Assembly (NCBI GenBank): GCA_048013815.1
Contig: CM106585.1
Span: 23,808,001 to 23,872,000, forward strand
DNA: 64,000 nt
From: Setoptus koraiensis
Taxonomy: Eukaryota > Animalia > Arthropoda
Direction: 5' to 3'
Shown here: piece by piece, positions 38,826 through 54,812 of the stretch
Layout: the number at the start of each line of letters is the position of its first letter
Position numbering within the stretch: position 1 is the first letter of the stretch
Notes under the pieces: model-generated
Seen by the model: only the letters and a program-made list of their open reading frames with translations
What the model was told of the DNA's origin: nothing
Database searches by the model: none
Program-made: the position numbers and the translations under genes

Positions 38826-41800
38826 TAAATCGATCAAACACTGGCGACCATCATCATCGACTTTTACGCCACTCAAGCAGCTCACATCGAGAGATCGGGC
38901 ACAATTTAACGGTGTGTAGTAGTTGTCATCATTAGTCACACCCTCGTAGACACTCTTTTGTTGTCGCCCTTTCCACTGCCGCTCGCCAATATCACCCCCG
39001 GGATGCTCCAGATATCATGCCTCAACATATTCCACAAACATGAGCACCCTAATGCCACTTTCACCGCTACCTGCGGCCTAGCGGACAAATCGGGCACTCC
39101 GCTCAGACTGAGCGGGACCCACAATGCGGGCCTCACAGTGTGAGCTGGCCTATTGATGGCCGTGGCTTGTGGTGTGGCAAGCGAATAATGTATAGAAGTA
39201 TATAGCCAACAGCAGCAACAACGGCAACAACAGCGGCAAAAACGGAATTGGCCGCTTTTTTGGTTTGCACGTTGTCGCCTGTGCTCGTCGGCTGCCGACT
39301 AACACTAAAAGTTGCCTCTTCAAATTGATTTATTACGTAATTCAATACCAGCCACACACCGCAGCGCAGCGCACCGGTTAGCGTTAGTCACTGATGGGCC
39401 ACTGATAACGCCAGCAACCTATTCCGTGAGCAGCGCCGCCAAGCAGCAACATTGGACGACACAAATGGAGACACTTAATGATCTCGGCCTTCCTCTACCT
39501 TACTTATTTAGTTTAGTCAACAACGCGCACATTTTAGTGGGCACGGCAAAACACAAACATCTCAATGGCCGGTGATGTCAGTGCGGCAGCAAGATAAAAC
39601 CAGCCAACTCAAGATGACGATGAAACCGCCAGAGACCCCATTGACGGGCCCATTCAATTTATTCTTTGTGGGTTGCTGCTGGCTGCCGACTGAACCAGTG
39701 AGTGGTGCAACGACAGCGTGGCTCTTTGAGCAAAACCACGCCAACGAGAAGAAAAGAAGGAGGCCAAAGAGACAGAGATTGGATAAAGGGAGCAAATTAC
39801 ACGGCTATTAATCGTGGCGTGCGCGCCCGTTCGCCGCGGCCCAAATTGATTTCATCCAGTTGCTCTTCTTTCTTCTCGACATCTCCCTCTATTTATACGT
39901 TTATACGTTTTTGCTTTCATACTTTTCTGCTCGTGTAACACCGTGCCAACGTGCCGGCAACCGATATAGTTTCGCGCGTATTACGCGCGTGTGACAATAA
40001 TGTCACATAATACGTTGATACGTTGGTCATAATGCCGCCAGAGTAGATACAAGAAGTAGGCAGAGGTGTCCACCATAATGATGTGAGTGTGTGTCTGTGT
40101 GTGTGTCTGCTACCATTTTCCAGCTAATACCTATGTCGACGCATCCAGCAACGGCCAAGTGGGGGCCATAGGTGGGCCAATGGGCCACCCTAGTGCCATA
40201 ATAGGGCGCCCACTGGGGCCAGCAGGGCGAATGGGGCGCGACTTTGTTTAGAAAGAAACGGTATGCGCGCGCGCGCGCGACCACAAACTAAATTCGGGCG
40301 TGTGGTTGACACGTTGCGGTTGCTGTCATTTGAATATCTCGTTGTAGTTTAAATACATCGTACCCACACACGTCGCAAACACACAGCTGATGACGTAACA
40401 ACTAACACCGGCCACAAAAAGGGCCTTTATCGGGTCTCGCTTGGTCCGGTTTAGTGCCATTCAAATGGACAGGATCCTCCATGACTGGTCTCTGAGGTGT
40501 CCGTAACATGCAGTCCGGACTCTGTCAGGCCGTTATGGTCCCATCTGTGAGTCAGTCGGATGCTCAGAGAGTAAAAATGGTGCCAATGTATCACTGAACT
40601 GTGAACTTATTAGCGCCAATTTTAGTCATGTGCTGGTGTCAACCATCGTTTTTCAGTCGGTTTCACCATTAAAAGCGAGCCAGTTGAATGACACTCTTTC
40701 GACAGGTGAAAGGTAGCAATCACTGACTTGTCAGAGAGTCAGCACGTAGAGCTTGATATCGGGGCGATAGAGAGAGTGAGGGGATTTGTTTTCATTTTGT
40801 CCGATCCCAACATCATTTATCATCTTGGGTCATTAAGGCACCGAATGCGACAAACATCCCACATATCATTATAAAGTCCGCACACTAATAAATGGATTTC
40901 AATTTGCGGAATTCGAGATCTTGTCCCATTCATTAGTGTGCAGACCTCATTCCAATACATATATGCACAAACACTTCCACAGCGCATTGAATGGTTGCGG
41001 AATGGCGCAACGATGTACAAATTGAATTTCAGTTCTCGAAGCTTGATTAGATACATTTTGTCACCAGGTCGAGTAGGTCACTCTGCCAGACAGAACATCT
41101 CCAGCTCTATTGATGAGATTGATTGCATGATGCGGAGAATTATATTTTTCAAATTACAAAATAGCACAGTTGCGTACAGTTGAAGCGTCATTAATCGGAA
41201 GTCAAGTTTTCTCATCCGTGTATATGATAGAGTAATGAAATATATTCAGATTGATGGGATGTTAGTCAATTTGAGCAATGTCGCCTGCTCAACAAGCCAC
41301 TAACTTAGAGAGTTATATAGTGACATTAGCGACACAATCACGAGTAGCGTCGACAGTAGAAAAACAAAAGGTACTTTTAGAAAGAAATAGTGTCCTCGCA
41401 CTATGGTGACTGCACTGATCAGGAGTAATGCACTGTTTACGAGTTAATGTGGGTGCGATACCTTTGCATGAACCAAACAAATGGCAACAAATGAATTGTA
41501 TGAGCAAATCAATCTTTTCACCGGTCATCAGTGATCAGGTGTCATCGGGTGATGTGTCATTGTGTGTGTATGGCCAGTGGTTGAGAGCGACCGACAAATA
41601 TCCGATTGTTTGTCTGGGCAAGCAACAAAACACCCGATTGGCGCCAGAGCGAACAGATAGAGTGATCATCAATCATTTGCTAGTGTCAGTTTGTCGAGCT
41701 TTCGTTTGGAGTGCTCGTTGGCCGGCAAACAACAATACTGACTACAATTCAATTACTATTACTGTTACTATTAGACGCGCACTATTCATATAGCACCACA

Positions 41801-44800
41801 CACTGGTAGCTTTGAGCAATTTGCACTTATTGACTGCGACTGAATGGAGAGCGTGCGCCTCATAATGTGTCGTAATAAGTATTACGTAATACGTATATAT
41901 CACACATTTATTTGTGTATATGTACTGTGGATTGCATAGATATCAATGGAGAGGGAGCCAGAATGCCAAAGAGCCAAACAGCCGCGCTTCGAGTGTGACT
42001 GCTAATACGATACACATAACACACATGATACACATAATGATACACATTATGATACACAAAGTGGCATAAGGCACAACAACAACAACAAGTAATATTATAG
42101 GCGCTAATATAGTCTATCTAATGGTCAATCTATTCTGACCACTAAGTGAACCTCGTCAGCTGTTGTTGTTGTCGCTGTTGTTGGTTAGTACACGCTTATA
42201 TACACTGCTATGTTGACACTGTTACTCATGATAAAATTAAATCATCATCGTGATGGTAACAGTAATAATGCGTTACAATGACGTAACAAACGTGCCGTCT
42301 ATTAACACAGTCTTGTGGTTGCTGTTGTTGGCGTTGTTGTTGCGCCTTTGCTGGCTCAAACATACATATGTATCAGTTGTCGTTGTTGGCGTCTGCACCG
42401 TTATTGTTATTGTTTCCACTGGCACCAGCATCATACATATGCAGTGGCTCAGAAATGTGATCGCTGACTGTGTTTTTATTATTATCACCATTCTCTCATT
42501 TCTGCGCCCTTCTCTGCACCGTTGTGTGGGGCCCATTCTGTGCACCATTATGCACTTGCCACTTGTGCCATTTTGCCGGCCTCAGCTGGCCTATAAGCCC
42601 CTGCAAGCATTGTGAACAAGCCACGGCAACATTCGAGCGTGCCCATTATTATGTAACGACGGCAACGGCCGTCGCGGTCAATCACCGTGGCATCGTGTGG
42701 CGAGCGAGTGTCGCGAGCAAGCTGCACGAGTCACTATAGGCCGAGCCCCCTCTCAACCCCGATTATAGGCGCACTTTGGCACCCTTGGCTCGCTCTTTGC
42801 ACTAGCACACACTTACGCAACAACAATAGCTAGCTCGCCAACACACAAACACTGACTTGACTTTTGCCTTCAGCTGTTACTTCAAGTCTAGTGCCTATAA
42901 GTTGGCTCGGCACACAGTTTGTGTTGCGCGTAACGGGCACCAGGTGAGCCAGGTGCCCGTTATGAGCGTCATGACTCATGAGCCTCAAGAGCGTTATGAG
43001 CTGCACGGAATTGGTGCGCTGTTGTCGGCACAGTAGCATTTTGGGCACAGTTTCAATGGATGCGTGTTTCGTGCACATCTGCATATCGTGCACATTTATG
43101 GCGATACAAATTGTGAGAGAGGCTCGCAATGTGTAAAATGCTGTTTCTGTGCCCAGCAGAGCACGAGCCAAGTGATGCTGCACTCGATAATTATTGAAAT
43201 GTCTGCACCGCGAGGAGAAGTGGAGCCCACTTCCGCTCGCAATCGTTTGCATCACTTCAACATGCGATCATCGGAGTCAAGCTGACGCCGGCAGCACACG
43301 ACAGCGGAACTGACGTGGCACGTTGTTGTTGTTGTCGTATGATTACTATTAATATTTGATTGTTATTAGTTGGTTTGGCAGCACCGCAAAAATTGACTTT
43401 TGCGCTTGTGTATGCTGGTACCTGGCCGGCGCTGCCAGTGTCGCACACGCTCGCTGCTTCACTGGCCTCACTGGCCTCACTGGCTGGCTGGCCGGTGGGC
43501 AAGAACAACAAGTTATTATTGAACCATTTTTTGAACTCTGACTCTTGTGTCATTGGCACTAATATTGCTGTCGTCGTAACAGTGTGTGCGTCGTGTCGAC
43601 CTCGTGCCGTTCGTGTTTGGCTTGAGCCGTTTGCAGTTGGAGCACGCGCCACATACGCGCCCTTACTCACAATATGATGACGACAATACAAATGTACGAA
43701 TGAATGATTGAATAAATTGTCAAAATTTATGAATGAACCATCCCTATGAATGAATCAATGCAATAATGCAACAATCAACCGGCGACCAGCGACCGCCAAC
43801 GGCCGACCGCCATGAGGCAACCGCCAACACGAGCAACGTGACACAGGCAACAGAGCACGTACAGGGCGCTAGTGAAAAATACACAGGTAAACTAATGACA
43901 GCAGCGGCAGCAGCAGCAGTCGCTAGTTTAGCAAGCAGTGATGCCGTAACGGCACTTTGTGTGCGCTGCGTCTCAGCTGCTTCCGGTTCTTGGTGACTCC
44001 CACAAAAGGTCGTATTTCACGTGTTTGCCATCAGCGTCAAATGGTAGCGATGCCACCATTAATAAATAATAATAATTGTCGGCTGCTGCAAATCAATCAA
44101 TGCTCACCATTATTTTACTTTGCTTTTCTTGCCTTGCACGCGCAATTTTTCCCTAATTTTTCCCTTCTTTTCTTTTCGCATCGGTCGGCATAGACGACGA
44201 TGACGACGACCGGCCCTCGTAACCAACAGCAGTGGCTCACCTAACAACATTGGCTCAGGGTTACGCTGGGTCGCGGGGGCGCCCGCCACAATCGGCGCCA
44301 CAACAGTCGCTGTCATTGTGCCCGAGCGACCGTTGTCACGCCGCCACCTAACACGACGATGACCACTGGTCAGCCACATCCTGTTTTCTGGCCGTCAGCG
44401 GTTGCCGGTTGGGCCAGTTTGGGCTAGTTTCGACCAGTTTCGGCCAGTTTGAGTGAGTTCATTGATTGATAGATCGGCGTCCCTCTCTTTCTCGGCTCAT
44501 GCACAGTATTGCATGATTGCTCGTTGCTCGTTGCACGGCTGTCATTTTCAAATGGCGTAAGCTGTTTGCTGTAAGCGGATTCTTGTGCATTCTTGTTCTT
44601 CATGTGTGGCAATCGCCAACACCAATTACCATTGCAAGCCCATGCCAAAAACATGTCAAGTTTGCTCGCTATCTCTCTGGCACAGTAATCCACACAATCC
44701 GTGTGCCTATCTCACAAGATTCATCTCAGATAAGTTTATTTTTGGTATGAAACGATTGCGTGATTTGCGTCATTTCGTTCATCTCTTGTTAACTTTTGCC

Positions 44801-44863
44801 TCTTCCATCGCAACCGCAACCTCATGCGTGCAACAACTCCTATTAGCGGTTACAGTAACAATT

Positions 44864-44911
<48 letters not shown>

Positions 44912-46649
44912 TGCACGCACGCCAACCTGGCGAATCAGCGACAACATCCTGTCAGGCGTCAGCTATTACCAGTCAGCTATTACCGGTCAGCTATGACTGG
45001 TCAGCTATTGGAGCAGTCGCTCACTGCAGCCATAAATGTTTGCTAATTTCAATCAGTTGAAATGTGCCCAAAAATATGAGCGATGAATAGAATAAACACA
45101 AATCAACTAGTGGTCATCCGATCGGCAATATCATTCATATTTGCGCGCTCGCTGTTTATTTGTTTGCTGGTTGAAGTTGCCGGCCAGCAATTGGCATTTC
45201 CGATATTCGCGCATGCAGCAAAAGGCAACAAATATACATAATATAATGATCGGGCGTTGATCTCGCAACAGCTCATGCTTTCATGATACATTTCAAACAT
45301 TTCACACCATTCAGCTCCGGCGTGCTGTCGGCGTCCCCATCAGTTGACAGCGTGCACAAAGCCACCAACTGCAACCTGTGGGTGCTCTCCCAGAAATAAT
45401 CGCTGGAATAATCGTGGCAAAGATCATCATTTTATGCTAATTTGCCATTAAATAATCAACGACAGCTTGCTTGCATCTGGCCACAGTTGCCGTTTGTTGC
45501 CATTTTGTCAACGTGGTCGCATTAGATTCTACAGCAAGCATAAGCTATTATGTAACATGTCAATAGATTGAGTGGCTGGACAAAGCAAAAATGTTGGCGT
45601 GCACACAACAACAAATGGCGACTGCGTTGATTGTCGGCATCGTTCATTAGAGTTGCTCATTTGCGATGATCAACTCGAATGAATGACACTCAATGTAAAT
45701 CAAGTGTCAGTCGGCATATGTTTGTTTGTATTTTGTGTTTTGCTTTGAATTGTCATGCGACGCCTGGCGTTGAATTTGTGTGAAGATGCTACACAGCAAA
45801 GTGATTAACTTATAGGCCAGTCTGGTCAGCGGTCAGCGCGCACTTATAGGTCTTGGCCAGGTCCTGTCGGGCTGGGCGAGTTGTTGTTGTTGGCGCTGAG
45901 TGTTAGTGGAAAGACTGGCGGCCATTGTGGGCACAACAATGGTCAGTTGTTGTGCTGTAATGCGTTGTTGTGCACAATGGTGGCCACACTTGGCGTGGCA
46001 GTGATTTTTCTCATTTTTCATATATCTCTGTCGGCTTGTATCTGTCGACTTGTATGTGTCGACTTGTATGTGTGGCGGCGGCGTGTATGGCGGCACATTC
46101 ATGTGTGAATGTATGAATGTACGAATGCATGTTGACACACCAACAACAAGAGCAACAACAAGCGCAACAACAAGCGCAACACGCACTACACACACGACAT
46201 CGCATACAGCGACCACAGAAACAGGCAGAGAGAGAGAGAGCAGTCGAGAAGTAGAGCGTCAACAGAGGAGAGAAGCCAAGAAGAAGTTGCGAGAGAAACA
46301 AATTGTCAAGTATGAATTGTATTGAATTCAATTTCCGGTCAACTGTCGTGCCATAGAAATTGGCGCATTTGTTTGCGGTGCCGGTCAGTCGTTGAATGGA
46401 TGCTGCTGGCGACACACACACACACGCTCTCGTAACAGTTGAGGCCAGTGACAGTTGAGGCTGTTGCCAGTGGGCCGCACCGGGTTGCCGCCCCCGACTC
46501 AACTGTGATTATTAGTGGCATACAAAGTATCTCTTGGCTTGCTCATATCTCATAACTGCGCATGTGTTTGTGTGCGTGCTCTATTATTAGTGGCACCATC
46601 AAGTTGCCACTTCCTCTTACTAATCGATGCCACCATTTGCTAGCCTACA

Positions 46650-46752
46650 GTTGCTGTTGTTGCAGTTGTTGTTGTTGTCGCAGTTGTTGCTGTTGTTGTT
46701 GTTGTTGCTGCTGCTGTTGTTGCTGCTGTTACTGCTGTTGTTGGTGTGGTTG
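46650..46752. repeat. (TGT/TGC)n trinucleotide microsatellite
   Basis: Read directly; it produces the poly-C/poly-L pseudo-ORFs. Similar tracts at about 37187-37246 and 44861-44912. Confidence 0.9.
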
Positions 46753-47677
46753 TTGTCGCTCGTTGCCAGTGCCCGCAATCGCAATCTCCAGAGTCAGTGG
46801 TCAGTGGTCAGCGGTGCAAATGCAAATGATCGCAGTGATGGTTTAAATATTCAAATATTGTTCATTACAGAACAGTAAGATTATACACATGGCATGGCCG
46901 CCAGTCGCATTAGTGATAGCCGATTTGCACTCTCGTGAACAGATTGTGTCCAGCGTGCCTCTCATTCGAACAACATCTAAATCATTTGTGAGCCATTCAA
47001 ATCAATCGAAAGCTGACCAGTGCACTGACTGTTGGCTTGAGCCACTGACAGTTGGCGGCTCAAGCCAAAAGATTTCAAGATTTCAAGCGAACAAGGTCAG
47101 TCAAGAGTTAAAGTGACATTAGATGAAACGAGACGATAATAAGCGATATGTAAGCACAATAATATCATTATTGTCGCTCACTTCATTCACATTGTCACCA
47201 TTGTGAGACTCGCACACTGAACCACCAAGCAATCACTGACCGGCCACCGGCGACCAGTGACCATTGACCATCAAACTGACCACAACACAGACACTTGCCG
47301 CTACTCTTTTCTCACTCGTACAATATCGCACTATCGCACCAAATGCGATGGTGCGATATGAGAAACGACGCGACACGATATTGCAAATTATAAATGGCGG
47401 CCGCGTCTCGTGCCGGGGCCAGCGAAATGTTGCCACAAATTTCATGTCCGTTGTCTCATCTATCCTTTCATGTCTGACCGTTGGCTGACGTTGCGGTCTG
47501 CTGCCAGCTTTCTGCTTGACTTGCGTCCGGTAGATGGCTGATCAGCGGCGGCCAGCAATCAACATTTTGGTCATATCATTCTAATGGCGATGAAGCTCGC
47601 CGTAATGTCAACCGTTTCAGCGCACAACTTTTTCAACAACTTTTTCAAACTTGTTTAAACAGTTGTGCCCAGTGCCG

Positions 47678-47691
47678 CCACTAGAGGGCGC
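47678..47691 (+). promoter_or_regulatory. CTCF-like motif CCACTAGAGGGCGC
   Basis: Full match to the CTCF core consensus (CCASYAGRKGGCRS). Confidence 0.5.
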
Positions 47692-50600
47692 TATTGAAGA
47701 GCTCAACTTGAGCCGGCTTGTCACATTGTCGGTGGGACAGTTTCAATGTCAGTTATTTCGCCAGTATATGGTGACAATACGAATACATGTCCATGTATTC
47801 AATTCAACAGTGTCACAATAGACCGTCAGTGTTCTGCTGCAACCGGGTCAATCAGTTTATTAAGTGAAACATTTTTATTGGACGCGCGATTGTTTGGCCT
47901 GTTTCCAGTGACCACCCATCGGTTTGCATCAGTATGCGAGCCAGTTGTTTATCCCTTGTTTGGCTGGCGCTTTATCCGTTGTTTGTGTGGCGCTAACCAT
48001 GCTGAGGCTCGTCATATCTGCCGGTCGCCCCATTGACAGCGTCACTCATCATGTTAACGTCTCACATCGCGCGTTGTCGCCGGTCGCCCGTCGTCTGAAG
48101 CTTTCGGCGTTCGCTAGTCGGTGGTCGCCGGCAGTGATTTTGCGCGCATATCAAATTAGACTGTGCGATATGCCAACGTGACTCAGTGGGCCCAGTGCAA
48201 ATCGGAAGCAGGCCAACGTTATATGCGACGGCATACATTATCTGTGTCGAACGGCGAAGTTGCTGCTTGTTAAATTGTCATTGTTGCCGTTGCTGATTGA
48301 TTGAAACTGTCGTCCGATGATTTTTATGAATTATCTCTTTTTGCTGGCTCCCGCTTTTTTGCTGCCTTAAAACAGCCACCGGCAGCAACAAGACTTGGCC
48401 ATAACTGCGCCGCACAAATAAATATGGCACAGAGATGACAAAATACACAGTTGGCCCCCCACCACCCAACAAACAAATGTCATGCGTATAACAGGGCCAC
48501 CACCGGCGACACCTATAAACGGGGGCAGCCGTCGAAAGAAATCTCGTTCTCACAACATACATCACATTATATCACATCATATCATATCGTATCATATCGC
48601 ACCATATCGTATCGTGTCGGCCATGTCATCGTGTCGACGTGCATGTTGATTATGAATGTGCGAGCGCCGATTGTCGCCGGGGCCTCATTACATGCATCGG
48701 AAATATCCGATATCTTTGCGCAAGGCGATTTCGTGCACGTCAAGTCGCACAACAAGCGACAATGCATAATTGTGGCTCAGTTGGCCCCGAAACTGCGCAA
48801 CTTGACCGCTGTGATACAATCGCGCTGACAGAGCCGGCGAGCGTGGTCCCCTCCGTGGTGCCCATTAAAATATATATCGCTCACGCTTGTGAGACACTGG
48901 TCGCCTCAATGACACCGCTGTCTGTTTGCTATTTACTGTTTACTGTTCGCTATTTACTGTTTGCCTCGTCATCGTCACATCATGACACATGTCCACAAAC
49001 AAAACCGCCCGAAGTTTACCTAGTTTTTTAGCGCCATCATTACAAGCGCGTATATTCACTCTGTGCCACACACTCTGTGGCATATCCGTGGCATATCCAC
49101 GGCATGTCCATGGCATATCCATGGCATATCTGTGGCATGCCAAGTTGGTCAAAGCGCCACTAAATCAAATGCTGTGACAACAATAAGTTGATCCACCTAG
49201 GGTATAATTGTGCCAAAAGTATCATAGCGTGAGATTGTTGGTTCCTGTCGCCTGTGCCGCTGTGCACGCCGTATGTGCATACTGTGCTTGCGTGCGCTTT
49301 GTCGCAGTTTGTGCAGTGCAAAAAATATTGGCCAGTTTAGCCAATATTTAGATACAATCTGGCCTAGGCCCACAACCATTACTTGCAACTGTTATATATT
49401 ATATATTGTATTTTGTGCCATAGAGCAACAGAGCTGAGAAACATAAATATTGAAAAAAGCTGAGCAAACAAAGGGGATTAGAGCGAGCGTGCACAGTGAG
49501 CCAAGGCGAGAAGGTCGCGCCATCGGTAGCTCGGGGTGCTCGACTTTCAACGACTTTTCGAGTCAACAGGCGCCACAACGATTATATCACAGCGCATTAT
49601 GTTTTATCTTTTGGTGGCTGCAACGTGAGGCTATATGATCGGCGACACAAGATTGTCGCTTGTTGTGGACAGCGAGCCAAGGAGAGAGCGCGGCCGGTGG
49701 GCGAGTTGCGAGCGGTCACTGAGCCAAACAACAGACGTTTGCGGCCCCCTCAACAGTGTCGATGGGGCCGTAAAAGAGAGCAAACAACTGATAAAAAGAG
49801 GGATAAGAAACAACTGGCTTCTTATGGCTCTCTTTTTATCCCTGGCACTTTGCGCCGGCAACAATGGTGGCCACAAGTTAACCGCGCGCCTCACCGATTC
49901 AGGTCAATCTGTGTGTGTGTGTGTGTTCAATTAATATCAATACAACAATACTAATAATATCAATACAACCCATAGAACAAGGGCATTAAATTGAGGAAAT
50001 TGTCACTGGCAACTGTCGGAGCGACACGACGAGAGTCAACATGAACGCCGGTCAGAGAGCGCCGATGGCCCGGCACAACAATGAGCAATTGTAAATAAAT
50101 AATCTGCGCTTCTCACACACTTCTTATCCGTGTTCTTTTGGCGATTATTGTCGCTCTCGTTGTGATCATTAGAGTGACAGTGAGTCCGGTTATGCACATT
50201 GATTGACTTCTGTCGCGCTGCGTCGTGCCCGTAAATGCAACCGGCCGCAAAACAACCACGACAGCAAATAAGTCGATCACACATTATCTCTGGCTATTTA
50301 CATGCTCGTTTATTGGCCAGTGGTGGCAAAGCATCAAACGATAAAACTGTAAGACCATGCATGAGACAACAGCGAACCGAGTGACAGTAAAAAAGAAACT
50401 ATTCGGACACAACATTGAAAAGTAATCTCCGCTCCGCACCGCTCCGTTTCGCGTCCTCCGTTCTGCGCTCTGGCCCGGCCGCTCAAGTTGGCGCAAAAGT
50501 CGCCGTTGCCCGCTCGAGGACACGGGCCCCGACGACTGACCTTATGGCCACCTAAGCTGACCTCAGCTCAAGCCGGCCGGCGGCGCCGGTAGTCGCAAGA

Positions 50601-50942
50601 TCGCGCACGAGCTGCACACCGACAACAATTGCACGCGTTATAGCGAACGGCGAGCGGCACATTTCGCGGTGTCGGTTCACGTTGGGGCACAACCGTCACC
50701 TCCTGTTGCGCCAACTGCACGCCGTACAATACCTGGCAATACCGGGCTGGCATGCAGTGTACGTGTCGAGTAGCGACAGAAGAAGTGTCATATCTGTGCG
50801 CGATGTTCGGGCCCCATCTTGCGACAGACCCAAAGTCAGCATCTCGTGTGCGTGTGTGTGTGTGTACGGCCTCGGGGCTATCATGTAAATGATGACCATA
50901 ATGATAACGATAATCACGACAATCGCCCGATGTTTGCCGGCC

Positions 50943-50976
<34 letters not shown>

Positions 50977-52128
50977 ACAAGTATATATATGAACACGCAA
51001 TATCGCACTCGCAAACAACAATATGCACGCATTGATAATGATACAACCACGACAAACACAACGCTATTCCAATAGCACGTTCGAATTCAATGGTTCGCGT
51101 ATAACACGCGTTTTTTCACGCGCCATTCCGCGCTTTGCCCGAAGAATGCGCAGCGCAAATAAGTCGCCGCAACGATTTTACTTGTCACCTAAATCTCACC
51201 TAAGACTCGCTAATGGCGCCGCCAACACTGATTGTTTGCGACCGCCGACGAGACCAGCCAGTCTTGCTGTAGGCCAAATCATCACGGCCAAATCATACCC
51301 ATACGGCACGCTGTTTGTAATGTCACACACAGGCATTACAATCGATCAATTTTTGCAACTGACGACCGCAGTTGTCTCGTCGCGTTGTCGGTCGTGTCGC
51401 AACTATTAACACAACATGACAGTTAATATTGCCAACTCATCAACGATGCCCAACGGGTCCCGCTGGCCCCCCTGCCACACTGGCCCCCGTACCCCCGTTG
51501 CCCTGCACTGCACAACATGTTGTGCACCATGTGCCCGGCGTAACATGTTGGCTGGTTGAGGGTACTGGGTATGGCCGCATCTGGGCACATGGTGGTGCGA
51601 CAGAGATAAAATTGGCGCTACATTGGCACAAATTGTCGGACAGTGAGCACACAATTGGATAATATTCAATCGTCGCTCTCGTGTGCCCAGTGGGTGTAAT
51701 GGATCCATTACACAGTGTCGCAGAAAGAATATGATTGAGTGACGTCGCTTCTCTAATCAAGCGCAAACCAACAAATTGACTTTGATTTCTTGGCTGCCAT
51801 CTCTCTCGCGTTTGTGCCCTGCTGCTTGCGCTCCGCAACAACCGCACAGCCTGTTGTGCTCGCTTGTCCCGACAGCCGCTCGGGTACCCCGTTTCAGCTT
51901 TGGCTGCCAGTGGCCCCGCGGATCAGGCATGCCCTTTGAGCTGACGAGCATGTGGCGTGAATTGTTGCAAGTTGCTCGCACCCGCGCATAACTATCGGCA
52001 CACCATGACCATGCCTGGCACCACCCACCGGACCTCGTTACTGCGCCCGCTGGGTACCGCTGCGAGCGGGGCATGCGGCGAGATTATGCGGCATTGTTGC
52101 GGTGGCCGCGGTAATTTGAGTAGTCAGT

Positions 52129-52163
52129 TCAGTTGGCGCTGACGGCGCTGGCGGTGCTGACGT
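52129..52163 (+). promoter_or_regulatory. Candidate Inr+DPE core promoter for svp
   Basis: TCAGTT with +1 at 52131; TGACGT at exactly +28..+33 (5/6 to RGWYGT); donor G|GTGAGT at 52590 would close a 5'UTR exon. Confidence 0.3.
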
Positions 52164-53864
52164 TGCCAACAACTAAACGAGGGCGAGAAATGATTGAATT
52201 GTGTGCTAAATTAAATTATTGCATTGCGTTTGATTAGTTTATATTAGATTATATTGGAACATATTGGAATATGTGCAGTTGTAAATGTTTGTCGGCGCGG
52301 ACAAGCGCGGGGTGCGCACGGGCTCTGAGTCGGGCCCCGACTGTTGGGGCCCCGGTCGTGCCAATTGTGTCACTATTGTGTGTTTGTGGCGCAGCGAAGC
52401 GGCCGAAATGCGAACGGCCAAAGCATCAACAAACGACACACAGTCGAACAACCGGAACAAGTCGGTCCGGGTCGGGGTTGAGAGGCGACAGGGGGCGCTA
52501 ATTAGTTGGCAGCCGCCGCATAAGTTGTGATATATTATGTTTGCTACTTGGGAATTAACGGACCGTGAACAATAACAAGCGTTCAGTGGGTGAGTCAGTG
52601 AGTGTGGTTTTTGTGGCCGTGTGTCGTTTTTGCTGTTTGCTGGTTGTCGCCGATTCTGGTTGTGATACGAATGCCATGCGAACGAGCGGCGTGTAAGTTG
52701 ATGTCGACGCCACCAGTTGATCAGCGGACAACAGTTGTTGAGGTTGGCGCGGTGCGTCGGGGTTGCTGAGGTTGCCGGGGTTGCCGCTGTATGTCGGGGT
52801 TGCTGTTGAGGCAACAGTTGAGGTGAGCGACAGTTGAGGCGAGCTGGCATGGGTGCCACGACCGGTTGGCCGGTTCCCGTGCGCGGCGTTAATCCGCGGC
52901 CGCTTTATTTTGCGCCGAATGCGGCCGAATGGCGATCGAATCAACCGAATTGGTGCCGAACTGCCCATTCAATTGTTTGCCGGGCCGCTTTCATTCAGTG
53001 ATTGCTTTTGCATTTGATTATCATTGCTTGTAACGGCAGTGTGTCTAAACGAGCCAATAACACGCCGTTACACGTGTATGATATAACAAGTCACACCGCT
53101 ACTTATAGCGCAACTATTTCCGACTTGCCGGCTTACGATGCCTCAGCGACTAATGCCCATATTGCACACTCTGTGTTTGCGACACACAAAACACGAGCAT
53201 GAGCAACAACTTTGCGCACACTATTGAATCGCCAATTGGCTGCTCTGTGCCAAAGTTATCATGCAAAGTGTCAGTCAGGATTAACAAGGATTTAGCATCT
53301 TTTTGTGCACACTCCAATGCAAACAAAAGTTGCCCGACTGCGGTTTTAAATCCAATTGAATTGCGGCCGCCATTGTGAGCAGCGATTGTGACTGAGATTC
53401 ACTGTGCCGTTGGGGCTCCTACCCACGGTGGCCCCTTCTTTTTTGGGCCCCAAAAAGATTCAAATAACTTATTATTATTATTACATGTGCCAGTTACCAC
53501 ATCGTCGTCACATCGTTGAGCCGCCGCTGCTGCTGCTTCATTATGAAAATCAAGGTGGCGCATGCGCGCATGCGACAATGCGCAATGCTTGTGCGCATGT
53601 GGTGGTCTTTTTTGGCGATGACTAGCGCGACGACAACCGGCCAGTCGTGTTCATGGTGATGGGTTCATCACAATCAGTGTCTCACATCAACTGTTTTGGT
53701 GCAAAGCAACTCGTCGTCAAATCACAGCAGCATCATTGAGGAATTTAGAGAAATCTGGCCATTGAACCACAAACAAACGAGCAAGTGTCAAGCTGGCATA
53801 ACCATTCGAATGACATAACCAATTGAACGACATAACCAATTGAATGACAACAACATAAGAATGA

Positions 53865-54812
<948 letters not shown>

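Noticed and set aside
39562-39795. Signal-peptide-like ORF (LPLSNLCLFGLLLFFSLAW...)
   Set aside because: It starts with TTG, not ATG; the hydrophobicity comes from the complement of a purine-rich stretch.
42796-42812. TTTGCACTAGCACAC as miR-96
   Set aside because: The seed has a deletion relative to UUUGGCACUAGCAC and no precursor hairpin is evident.
37037-46878. Many 60-160-aa ORFs rich in poly-C, poly-L, poly-V or HT/CV dipeptides
   Set aside because: They are translations of (TGT/TGC)n and (CA)n microsatellites, often with non-ATG starts and no domain signal.
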